From NCBI RefSeq assembly GCF_003704095.1, contig NW_020846475.1, forward strand, positions 434,001-498,000: a stretch of DNA of 64,000 nucleotides, read 5' to 3'. Shown here one piece after another: positions 39,101-50,716 of the stretch. The notes beneath the pieces were generated by a model. That model saw nothing but the letters and a program-made list of their open reading frames with translations, had not been told where the DNA came from and did not search any database. The stretch's first letter is position 1. The number at the start of each line of letters is the position of its first letter. Both the position numbers and the translations under genes were made by a program. Source of the DNA: Pocillopora damicornis. Its lineage: Eukaryota.

Positions 39101-41341
39101 ATTACACCCTAACATCAGTATGTATATTCTCCAAACTGCTCTCCATACATATCCTAAGGTGCTGACAAGGAGAATTTGTTTAACAATCAAGAGTTGGTGG
39201 TCATTTCCTTTATTCTCATGACCAAGCTTGTAATATAAATAATCCAATAGCATACAGTTTGAAAGTGAGACAAATATTTGTGACAAAGAATGCAAGCCTA
39301 AATTAAATTTAAACACAGTATGCCTTGCAGTTCTCTCAGATGTGCACAACAAACAGATCAGGTAAACAGTAACTAAATGATATTTAAGCATGCACAATGA
39401 GACTTGCCCTTTTGAAAATAGATCAGACTGAGAAGTGATAGTTTGTTGTAGCATTAATACATGATCACAGTTATTTTTTCCTGTGAACACACCTGATAGC
39501 TACATCAATTTTGGTTGTCCTTTTTACCAAAGCAGTGATCATGCAATTTTCACTGATGGTTTAATGAATCATGAACAACCACAACCAAAGCAATAAAGTT
39601 CAAAGACCAGAGGCTAGGATATTAATAACTTTTTCCACATGCCGATGGTGTGTTAGGAGGCTATACCAGAAAAGGGTCACAAGGCAACACCCAAACACAA
39701 GAGCCTGCCAGCTGCCAGAACAGACTGTGATAAGAGGTCCTATGGGCAACAGTTGACTATCAGTAATTGGCTTTCATTGAAATCATCACTTGAGGACTGA
39801 TTCCTGTGAGCAGTTCATAAAACGTAAAAGGCTCTTTACTGGTAAAATTACCATTTCAAGAATTTGTGTCCCAGCTTTAAGCTCTCGTTCCTCTATCATC
39901 TCATCAATTTCCTCCATGGTTTTACCTTTGGTGTCATCAATTTCTTCATCAGCTCCGATACGGCCACTCTGAAAATAAACAACTTTCAGTCTACACAGAG
40001 ATCAATGCAAAGCAATCTGTTCCAAACCATTTTTGTTCTACTGAAAATCATGTTCTTACTCAAAATAATGTCATTCTCCAATTTCACCATCTAAATTAAG
40101 TGTAGTTGTAGATTCTTTAAATATGATATAATAATAGTTTTAAGATAAGATACTATTTGGCTTGCACAGACTACATAAACAAGTAAATGAGCCAAAAAAA
40201 AGTCAAAGTTTTCACTTACATCAAGCTGTTCTTTGGTTGGTTCTGGTGATTGATCTGGTACAACTAAGCCAGCTGGATCATCATATGGATCATCAATGAT
40301 AACTGTGTGGTTTATTCTGTGTTATTAAAAACTGAATCACTGGATAATACAATTCAAGAGTTTTTATTGGCTTAGCCAACATGGGTTATGAGCCATTATA
40401 CCATGTGGGTGCACGAAGACAAGTTAAACTGTTATTTGAAAGGAATGTATTTGCCAATTTGTGCATCACTTTATATAAATTATTGTCAAAATTTAACAAT
40501 CATCATGATAAAAGCATTACTGGTACTTAAAATTAGAAAAGATCTCTCTGGTTGCAACTACGCATGACTTCTTTGGACTATGAGTAGAACAGATGATATT
40601 TTTTGATGGAAAAAAAAATAAAACCAACATAAAACTGACATGATTGAATACATGCCTGATGTCTTGGTATGGCCTGTGTTCATCATCACAAATTGCTTCA
40701 TTCAGTTTGTCCAAGACTTCAAATCCTTCAACAACTTCAGCAAATACAGTATGAACACCATCTAGATAGTCCAAATCATCTCCAAGGGTGATGAAAAACT
40801 GTTGGAAAATGAATAAGTTCAGATCTGAGCATGCAAGTTGGATGATATAGTGGCATCTCTCTTTTAAGACATCTTGTCCCAGAGGACACTTTTTCAGGTC
40901 CTGGGTGTGCAATTAAAATTATATTAGTAGGAAAGAAAATTAATTCTCATTACCAGCAAACTATAAACTGAAGATAACCTGACCAAATTTCAGATGATCA
41001 CCTATAATAAATAGACTGTCAAATATCCCTTCAAAGTGGTGTAAATATATTCCTTGTTGCTGCATGCACAGCATTTGAGAATATGTGACAGCAGGAACTG
41101 TTCACTTGGCCTCTATGACTTTACTGTCCATTGTGTGTCACTTTTCACATTCAACTGTGAAACTCCCCTATCTAACACCACTCATGATGGCCAATCAGAT
41201 GCCCCTAGAGCACTTCAACTTACTTGAGAACCATGTAAGTTGTCTCCATTGTTTGCCATAGAGACAGTCCCTCTTGATTTATGTTTGAGGCGAGGTTTAG
41301 TTTCTGCTTCAAAGAATTTGGCTTGATCTCCATACAAGGAC
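36160..41341 (-). CDS. PPIL4: Cyclophilin-RRM protein PPIL4, 5' exons missing (assembly gap)
   Basis: Exons ~41224-41341 ([13 protein letters not shown]...[16 protein letters not shown]), 40656-40798 ([22 protein letters not shown]...PYQDIR), 40220-40316 ([10 protein letters not shown]), ~39852-39968, ~38870-38994 ([15 protein letters not shown]), ~38450-38517 ([10 protein letters not shown]), ~37980-38091 ([23 protein letters not shown]), 37565-37643, 36848-37205, 36478-36545, 36160-36286 (Arg/His/Ser-rich tail). The last two exons are less certain. Confidence 0.93.
37206..37564 (-). other. U12-type (minor spliceosome) GT-AG intron in PPIL4
   Basis: 5' splice site GTATCCTTAT at 37564. Branch site TTTTTCCTTGAC at 37230-37219, about 14 nt before the AG at 37207-37206. 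No pyrimidine tract after the branch site. Splicing here restores [13 protein letters not shown], comparable to KYDLILDE recalled from vertebrate PPIL4. Confidence 0.85.
40317..40655 (-). other. GC-AG intron in PPIL4
   Basis: The conserved peptide PYQDIR/INHTV needs the donor AG|GCATGT at 40656/40655. The nearby GT would shift the frame. Confidence 0.8.
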
Positions 41342-41487
41342 CTAGAGAACATGAGATAAGTAATTAAGAAAAAAAGTAGCACAATTGTGAGAGTTTATTT
41401 ACCCTATTTTGAAACAGCAGTCGCCATATGGTTTCCCACATTCATTGACCTAATAGAGACAATTGGATTTGACTCAATATTCTTGAG

Positions 41488-41587
41488 NNNNNNNNNNNNN
41501 NNNNNNNNNNNNNNNNNNNNNNNNNNNNNNNNNNNNNNNNNNNNNNNNNNNNNNNNNNNNNNNNNNNNNNNNNNNNNNNNNNNNNNN
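41488..41587. other. Assembly gap (100 N) hiding the 5' ends of PPIL4 and the SKA3-like gene
   Basis: Run of N of round, placeholder length; both flanking genes are 5'-truncated at it. Confidence 0.97.
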
Positions 41588-44337
41588 AATCTGATAGTGG
41601 AGATGATGTGACATTTGAGAAAACTTCAGATACTGAGGAGAGTATTCCCATGGAAACAAACCAGTCTGATCAGATCAGTAGCAAAGGTAGCAAATGTTGA
41701 CAAGACTCAAGTAGCTGATTCTTTTTGTTCAATTCAGAACACTAAAATGCACATGAAACACTTTAACCTTTACACTTGAACTCCAGCATGCATAACTCCA
41801 TGGTGTTCTCTATACACTCCCAAGGGTGTTGACAAGGAAATTTTTTGAACAATCAGAAGCTTTTTAAGTTGATCATTACCTTTATTCTCATGACCTTAAT
41901 GTGAGATTCAGGGGTGATATTGTAAGGAGAAATGAGATGCCATTCACTCAAAGGTTTAAGCAGTCAAGCTAGCTTGCTTATATTCTACAACCAGTAAAAC
42001 AGACGTTAAATTCATCTCTATTCCCTGTTGTAGATGAAAATCTTTAATGACATTTTTGAAGGGAATGTATTTTTTTCAATGTATGTATGGTATTGCTCAG
42101 ATTGGCCTGAGATAGCCATTGTAAGAAATAAAAAGTGATTCTTAGTGTCTTATCTAATTATATACACCAAATTGACTTTTTACAGATAATGTTGAAGATA
42201 TTCTTAAAACTCCTGAACCACCAGTGACTTTCACCAAAATGATTGAGGTCACTCCACAAAGATCACATGATACCAAGGATAAAGTACTAACAGATACAGA
42301 AATGATGTCCTGTTCAACACCTGAAGCTCCACAAACCAACACACCCATGATAAAACCAAGACTGTTGGCTGAATCCACAGAATCTCCAATCAGCATCAAT
42401 TCAACACCACAGGGTTTCCTTGTCCCACCACAGCCTATCACAGTCACACCAATGCTTAAGCATGCGGACCTTGTGGCGGTAACTCCACCTGGTTTGTCAA
42501 AGGGAAAAGAACATCCAGATCTACCAGCCCCACCCATCATGGGTACTCCAGGATTCAAGACAATTGTGCCCACAGGAGAGGAATCTCCTGTTGTTGGGCT
42601 TGAATTGTCCTTTAGTTTGGATAGTCTCCCACCTCCCCCTGACATTACATCTGTTCAGCTCCTGAAGCCAGGTAAGATATAGGCTCTTACATGATTATTG
42701 TTAGGGTAAAATGTTACCTTATTACCCACCAACTTGCTCAGATCTTGTCTCAACTCAACATTTTCTTCTTAGTGTCTGTCTGTGTTGCGCATTCAAAGGA
42801 GACATAGAAGGGGAAGTCACATACCTAACTGAAGTGTAAGGGAAGCCTTGGGTACAGCTGTTAGAACCTTAATTAACTTTTTTTTAGTTTGCAGCCATTA
42901 TTTATGCTTTTCACTCACTTCTGTTCCCCTCCTCACCTGAGAGTAAAGATTGCATGAAAAACCTAAAGGATGTGTGGAGAGGTTCTTCCTACCAGTAACA
43001 ACCAACTGAAGAGCAAAACCAGACCATAATGCAAAACTAGGACAATTTGGGGGGAGCTCAGAGGGTTATTTCCTAATGAAACCCTTTCTAGATAATGTCA
43101 GGGTATTCAAACAACATAAGATTTTCATTCTTAATTTGACAGATGACATAGCAGCTCCTATTCAAAGCAACCATTTGGCTGTATTTGTACAGCCTCTTAG
43201 TGAACAAGAGTACAGTTCCTTACCAGTGTATGTAGCCAATCAGTTTACCTTAGAATGCATCAATCAGCATCTCCATACAATAAATGGATTTTTGGCCGGT
43301 GGCAATCAAGGTAACATAAGAGGCATTAATTTTCCATTTCAACTCATTACAAAAAATGTTTTAACTTAGTAATTGGTAAAAGAACATTTAATTGTTTGTC
43401 ATTTGTTATAATAAGGATTGTAATGCAGCAGTGACAACAAACCATAACACACCAATAACAACAAACCATCAACAACAAACCAGCAACACATAACCTTCCT
43501 CTTTGTCGCCTGACAAAGACTAGCAGTATAGCAGTCAAAACATCACAATCAACACACAATTGATTAGCCTGACTCTTACTTTGTGAGACAAATGATTAAA
43601 CATTCATTTATCCATAAAAATACACAATAGACTGCAACAATTCCTGATGAGTTAGAAATTCTTGTAACTGTAATTACACAGCACGGTCTTAGTGGAAGCT
43701 TTATAATCAATTTATTGAATGTTTTTTTTCCTTTTTAATATGGCTGAGTCCTAAGTGGTATACATAAAATGAAAACATATTATTTTCTACCAACACCATT
43801 TGCATAAGAGAAAAAAATTCAAGATTTACTACCCTGTGTCTATAGCAAGTATTCTGTGGCAAAATAATTACTTTGGAATAGTTTCTTTCCTCTGCGTGTG
43901 TCATTGAGTCAATCACACTCTGGAGGGCTTTGTCCTTGATAAATAACATTTTTCAAAAACTCCCTTGATGGTTTTTAGAGGAGGGGCCTTGTTTCCTTTT
44001 GCCTTCACTGTTGAGGAAATTTTGTCAAGGAAACTTTTCCAAAAGTTTTTAGGACAGTCTGGTTTTACTTGAGTTGGGAATACTAATACAGACACCAGTG
44101 TAGAGCCTTTTTACACACTCTGTTTCTTAGCCCTGGCCATAAATGTCTTAAAGTAAATATCAGGCTTTAATCTTCTCTTCCTTGATTTCAGTGCGACATG
44201 AACCTGTCATGGTTGAACAGGATCTTAGAGATTTGTTAAACTTGGGAGCAGCTACCAAAGCATTCATGTTGGTGTTGGTGAAAACAGGAAGGTTAAAGCT
44301 CACAGGGAAGAAGATCATGTTTGTGAACTCTGCATAG
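41588..44337 (+). CDS. SKA3: Probable SKA3 (spindle and kinetochore-associated 3), 3' part: TP/SP-rich disordered region plus a C-terminal SKA1-like domain
   Basis: Exons 41588-41686, 42186-42671 (KTPEPP, STPEAP, TPMLK, TPPG, TPGFK, SPVV), 43143-43310 (VQPLSEQEYSSLPVYVANQFTLECINQ), 44192-44337 (EQDLRDLLNLGAATKAFMLVLVKTGRLK...SA*). Phases consistent. The C-terminal motifs resemble the Ska-family C-terminal domain (EEF..VP.Y...L..IN; L..L.RL). The diagnostic N-terminal coiled coil is not visible. Confidence 0.7.
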
Positions 44338-45308
44338 ATCAGATTTAAGAACTAAATTATAGCCCTTACACCTTTTCCTTAAGAATGGCTGAGAATAGCT
44401 CATGTAAAGATACTCACTGGAAAGTTTTTTAACCAGGAACGTATCCCACAGCACTTGGATCAAAAGAGTAACCACCAGAAATCAACAATAAATGTATAAA
44501 TAACTTTATTTAATGAGGGTGAACACTCTACAGTCATTAACTTACAGACTTGTAGCCCTCCCTAGATTACATGAATTGATAAGAAAGTGGCTGGGCTTGA
44601 AGAAAAATGTAATGCAAACAAAGCTTAGGGGTACATTCCTTGTAATAGTTCATAATGGCAGTAAATGTGGTTCACACATGTGACTCTGACAAAGAAACTT
44701 TTATCAAAAAAAAATAGGATTCTGTGATTCACCTGCACATAGAAAAACTTTTTCACATTCAGGGGGTGGGGGAGGGGGGGGCAGAGAAGAAAATAAACCA
44801 AAAAACTGCTGCACCTTCTGTGGAGTTTTATGTTCAAGTGTTGGATTTGAGCATTTGATGGAAGTGCACTAAAGATCATCCAAGTTCTTTTCATTCCCAT
44901 AATAATTTTTGTCTACAATGAGTATTCATGTCCTGTCAAAATGCAACTCCACTCCTTTTTACTGAACATAGATGGTTTCAGAAACAAGACAAGAACTCAC
45001 AAACATGATGATTTACAGACAACAGTAAGACTTAACTTTTATATTTTACCATTCAATATAAAACAAAAAATGTTGCTGCCAGGTTCTGGGGAATAAACTC
45101 ACAAACCCTACATTTTATTCCCCAGTGCCTTTCTGAGGTCTGTTGTTTAACATAGAATTTTGTAATATAAACTGGGCTTTACTGATATTAATTGAGTCCA
45201 ATACCTACTGTGAATCTTGTTGATAATTATTGATCCACAAATAGTGATTAAAATGTTTACCTTGAGAATAATGGTAAAGTCAAGTTGAAATAAATTTAAT
45301 TCACATTG

Positions 45309-48300
45309 TCAGCCTGTTTTTTTCCTTTTAATTTTATCCTGTGGTTTTCCTTTTGTATTCAATTGTCTTTTGAGTCCTTTCATTTTCCTGGTTTGTAATT
45401 TGGAGTAATCTTGCCTTTGCATGTGTACTTTTCCTTCTTTGGTACCAAATGCATCATATGAGACATTCTTAACTTTTTTGGGCTGGAAAGAAAACAGAAC
45501 TGTAAACAAACTTTTCTAACAATTTGCCAGAACCTGTTTCAGGGGTTTCAAAATGTTTTGTAGTGGACATCAGACTCTGCAAAAGTAGGTGACTGTGAAA
45601 AGTTTATTAAGGGCCAAATGTTAATTATTTAAACCAGATTGACCAGCAACATATTTTCAAGTAGCCAGTGGAATTCCAACAGTTGCCAGTTTTTTTTTAA
45701 ACCCCCGCATTTATACTCCTGGGTGAAGAGACATTGTAAAGGCAAAGCGTTTTGTACAAGAACACAACACATTGACCTGGCCAAGTCTGGAGCCTGAACC
45801 TCAGGACCCAAAGTCCAGTACACTGATGTGCATCCCACAATAATTACTCTACAAGGCAGTTAACACTGAAGTTTTGGCATGTCTACTAATATACCAGTAA
45901 TTTTTTACAGTGCACTCTGAAAATCTGAAATTCATTCTTGATTGTATAAAAAGACACATTCCTGAAAAATGAATTGCTAGTATTGTGCATGTGCACATGT
46001 GAATCACCATCACCAAAACATTACTAACAAAACTGTTGTCTGGCTCACAAAGAAAACCAGTTATTCCCAAAAATTTCAAACAAAAATGTTCTTTGATTGC
46101 CTCACTTAAAAAGAGTGACCTTACCACTGTAAAAGTAACACTGACCTTAACTACTTTAGGTACTTTTGTTGCAGCCTTCATTAAGTCATCTGATGCTAAG
46201 TGTGTTCTTCTAAGAACCAGATCAAGAGAAGGACCCATCTCTTCAACCTCAATACGTGGAGTGCGACTTCCTGATTTCTTCAGCAATACTCTGAAAAACA
46301 AAATATTTACATCTTATTGAAGTCACCTTGACATAGAAAAACGGAAAACTATGAACTGATTAGTATATTGAAGAACAATACCACATCAGCATATAATTTT
46401 TTTTTAGTTCTTAGGATTGCTTGAAATTTCTGAACAAGATGTGATACTGTCAAAAAATTAAAAAGAATTTTTGATGGAAATTCTGTGAAAATTGTTTGGC
46501 TGCCAGCATGTAACCAGAGGGTAATTTTATAATATTATACTAATAAATTTTCTATAAAAATGTCACTGCATAATATATATTTCAGCAATCCCACCAATCC
46601 AACAAGTCCACCAAGATCATCAGATCTAGAACAAAATTATATCTGTCAGTTTCATTACAGATGTAGATGAAATCAGTCTCCATTACAACAAAGCCATTCT
46701 CACACCTTGAATTACTTTTTCATAAGATATTATTAATATTATCACCAGAGAAGCATCCTTAAATATCTCAAACACAACTTAAAATATGTAATTGTTTAAA
46801 TATTTTTTTATACCTGTAGCTTCTCAGATAAATTTTCCCATCCACTGCTGTAAATTGTAACACATGCTCAAGTCCCTGTAATCTGACTTTCTCTATTACT
46901 GGTCCTCTGTAGAAATCTGAAGATGAAAGGCAGCTGACAAATGAATAAAATGTCTACATACACTGTTTGCAGTGTCACATGTTTATTGCAGCTTCTCTTG
47001 AGTCAATAACCAAAGTAACTGACATTGGAATGAATTACCATTTCCAATTCATTTCTGTCAGGCAAAAGGTTTTGATCTGAATGTTTGAACATTCCATAAC
47101 TTGACGTTTAAGTCAAAAAAAAAGAAAAGAAAAAGAAAAGAAAAAGGAACCTTCAACTCCAAAAAGTGATTAACATGTAATTTCTCCCCATAGTGTACAT
47201 AAGTTATCCAGGAAACAGATAATGAGAATACTCAAATTTAGTACATTGAAGTTGTAACCTTGACCTAACACCAAATTCTCATAATTAATTTACAAGGAAA
47301 TTTGTGGCACCTAGAGGGAAGAATTAACAATCAGATCTTGAGAGTTAAAGGGTTAAGGAAAAGAACTGAAGTTTAGCCTGCTAAAAAGACAAAGGGTGAT
47401 ATTTTACTCTTACAAAAAAAAATTGTGAAGACAAAACACTTTTTAACTTGGGGTTACTAATCTGAATGTCATACGGTTACAACTAAAATTAAAATAAACA
47501 ATGTTTGTAAATTATGAGAGCATAGCCTGTCACCTAAATTTTGGCCATTCAATATGGCCTCTGACTCACAAACAACATGCTTCACTATCAGCTTTGCAGT
47601 TCAGTGAAAAAATGGGGAAACAAACCTATGAGAATACTTTTCAGGCGTTTGTAAACAACATCATTTTCAAATTCTTGTCCAGAAAATAGCAAACAAGGCT
47701 TGGTACCAACTGAACACTTCTGAATCTGAAAAGTAAGTTTAAATTCAGAACAGAAGTCTTGTGTTAACATGATACAATCCCAGATATTTTGTTTGGAGCC
47801 CCCTTACAAGAAAGTTTTGGGTAATAAGGTATCTGACTCATGCGCTTGATATCAACAGTTCATTTTAATAACTCCCTTATATTTTCGCATTTCAATGATA
47901 GACTCAACGTGCATACTGAATCTTGTAGGCAACAAATAATGTCCATCTTACCTTAAATTGACTTAGTGACACAAACTTGTCAATTCCTAACTCAATCATG
48001 TCCAAGATATGGCCATCAAAACAGCGACCTGAAAGGTGACAAATCCTTTGTTAAATCGAAACCATTGTGAATAAACACATCAAGGACTTATCTTGTGGTA
48101 GTTATTTTTTTAACATTTGAATTATGGTAGATCAGTACAATGAGTTGACATAATCATTTTACTCCCAGTAGTGACCAAGACATACATTCTCCTTAAAATA
48201 TTAATACAATGCTAAGCAGAATATAGCAAAATATCAATTAGGGGATTATAACTCGATCCACTACTAAATTCTCAGAATTAAAATTAATCAATCTTTGGTA

Positions 48301-50165
48301 GAAAGTAAGGAGAATTACTAAGAGATCTTGAGAGTGGAAGGGTTAAGATAAGTAACTTGAAATCTGATTAAATAATGAAACCTACCTATGACCAGATTGT
48401 GAGGCCTCTTCTTGGAATGAGACCCAAAGAGAAATAAGGCTGCATCATTCTTAACACTAAAGAATTCCTAAAAGATAAGTTAAGTATCCTTAAGGAACCT
48501 TTGCAAGAGAAAACATCTTGCCCTTTATCAACCCGCCACCAAGCTGAGGTAGAGGCTTGGATCTTATTGACAACATATCAAGCATACCTATATCAAAGTT
48601 ATTGTAATCAAAATAATATTTTGTTTAAACATGAATATTAACAATACTTGAATATGCTACACAAAATATCTGTAATTCAACTTGGAATGGTGCAGATTGA
48701 AAATTACAGGATCTTGGACTATTAACAATCACCATACCACATCACTTTGATTTGTGAGTGACCCTATGCATAAGATTTTCAAATCCCATGGCTTAAGTAT
48801 AATCTTACAGATATATATCCGAGTAAAAATAATGTTTCATGGTTGTGATTTTTTTCAATCACCTGTTTCAATGTAAAATATAGATTTTTATGGCAAATGA
48901 ATAAAATTTTGTCTGAAATATTGAGCTCTTTCACTTTGCTTAATCTTCCCTCCAATATATAGAATGCCTAGGTATATAACATATCAGAAAATAAAGTGTA
49001 ATACAAGTACAAAAGAGAAATTCTTTCTGCATTGCACTTACAAGTGAAGTGTGATCTTCAAATGGTCGCATGATATTTTTCCTGTAAACAATAAAAGTTG
49101 AAAGAAATTGATATTGCACAATAATTATTAATCAAAACAAATAACAAATAAGCCAGGACTGGCCCATGTGCCTGGTGATTTACATGGTTTCCCAAACACA
49201 AAGGAAATACTACACAAGTTACTACAAACAAACCAAACAATGTGAAATTTCACAGGAAATTTACAGTCACAAAACATCATAAGAATGAGATTGATCGAGA
49301 AATATTTTACCTTTGAAACATGACTGAGTTGGGTTTTTTCAGTAAACACTGAAAAGAAAGAGAAAATAGAGGGTTCATCATCAGTAATGGAATTAAGTAC
49401 GTCTAGGCTAAGCTGCAGAATACCCTGCCACTAATTTATGCCTCGATCTTCTAAGCCTCCCGACACATGTATAAAACACACAACGCAGTAACTAGTTAGT
49501 CCAAAAGTCGAAGACGCGTCTCATTAAATTAATTTGAAAGTACCATGGATTTAAGAGTCCTAGAAGTCACAAATATACAGCTTCTATTGGAAAATTATGT
49601 TTAAAAAATCATCTAGCCAACAGGTTTTGAGAATAGAAAAAGTAATACCAGCTCGAGAGTATTGTGCGTTACGTTGATATGACACCAAACTCAGTTATGC
49701 AATTTACAACGAAATGTAAAACAGAGAAAGTTGGTGATCAGACCTTCCATATTAGATAAATACACATTCCCACGTGACAAATTTAGAAAAATTTGCTTCA
49801 TCCCAATCCAGCTCACCACATACAGCCTTACTAATTAACACTTTCGTCAGATCACTCAGAACCCATGCTTCCACTGACTCACCAGATCTTTCATGGCTTG
49901 AGTCACAATCTCACTTGTCCTGCCACCACGCAAGAACAGAGCAGTTTTAGTGTTTTCAACAATCTTCGGCGCACGCTGTTCGACTGCCCGCCTTCCACGT
50001 TGTGTTTTCGGACGCCTGTTGAACACCAGGAACAAAATAAAGTGTTTCTCAGACTGAAATAATTCCTATGTATCAAATCTTTAAAAGATAAGGGTGGACA
50101 TTTAGGAACACAGCAAGCAAAAACGAATTATCTTACACTACTCCGGTGGCCGGTGAAGCCGCCAT
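45309..50165 (-). CDS. RPF2: Ribosome production factor 2 homolog (Brix domain)
   Basis: Ten exons, approximate: 50137-50165, 49883-50015 (RPKTQRGRR..PKIVENTKTALFLRG), 49310-49347, 49041-49081 (RPFED), 48386-48467 (FGSHSKKRPHNLVIG), 47952-48028 (RCFDGHILDMIELG), 47626-47725, 46814-46916 (DFYRG..LQGLEHV), 46146-46290 (PRIEVEEMGPSLD), 45309-45482 (KLQTRKMKGLK). Confidence 0.96.
45700..45840 (-). mobile_element. Decayed SINE of a second family (reverse orientation); related pieces at ~1310-1400, 13290-13420 and 58325-58420
   Basis: Shared motif 'tgtcttgcccaagaacacaacaca...gaacc...gagtccagcacacta' occurs in variant form at all four sites. Confidence 0.55.
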
Positions 50166-50540
50166 TTTGGATAGCTTTTTAGAGAGAGGTCTGGAATCGA
50201 AACATACGCAGTCCCAGAGCTGTCCCGTGCAGAGAGTCCCACAATTCAAATATCAAACATGTCAAAGAACGGGATGATTGAGGCGGGGGAAGGGGGTGCG
50301 CGCAGTGAGGAAATTGTTTCTTAGATATTTTCTTTATATGGTCCCAGCCTTATTAAATAAAAATAAGCAGTTTATGACTGTATACAGTGCATGTGGCTAC
50401 TGAAGTAGCACAATTTTGATTTTTATAGCATTGAAAAGAACTAAAGGTTGTCTGATGATGCTAGAAGGCAGCGCTGCAGAAGACTCTTTTTTTTCCATAT
50501 GCAAAACAGAAAACCTGTCGCGTCCCACATATTCCACACA

Positions 50541-50716
50541 ACCGCTGCCTGGTTAGCTCATGTTGTAGAGCGCCAGACTGCCGTGCGGGAGGTCGTGGGT
50601 TTAAGACCTTGACAGCACGAACACTCAGGGTCTTAAAATAACTGGGGAATGTGCTGCCTTCGCTACGACATCTGCAAATGGTAAGACACTCTAATCTTCT
50701 CGGATAAGGATGAAAA
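50541..50716 (+). mobile_element. tRNA-derived SINE, 5' part
   Basis: tRNA-like head with an A box (ttagctcatgttgtagagc) and a degraded B box (gggtttaagacc), then a non-tRNA body (aacactcagggtcttaaaataactg...gtgctgcctt...catctgcaaatgg...tcttctcggataagga). No acceptor stem. Confidence 0.75.

Noticed and set aside
43640-43665. CTGATGA...GAAA hammerhead-like motif
   Set aside because: No pairing stem II between the two motifs and no flanking stems seen.
45483-50136. Intronic snoRNAs in RPF2
   Set aside because: I looked because ribosome-biogenesis genes often host them, but found no convincing paired C/D boxes with a terminal stem by eye; snoscan or Infernal would be needed to exclude them.
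50541-50615. Possible tRNA gene
   Set aside because: The B box is degraded, there is no acceptor stem, and the sequence continues into a SINE body.
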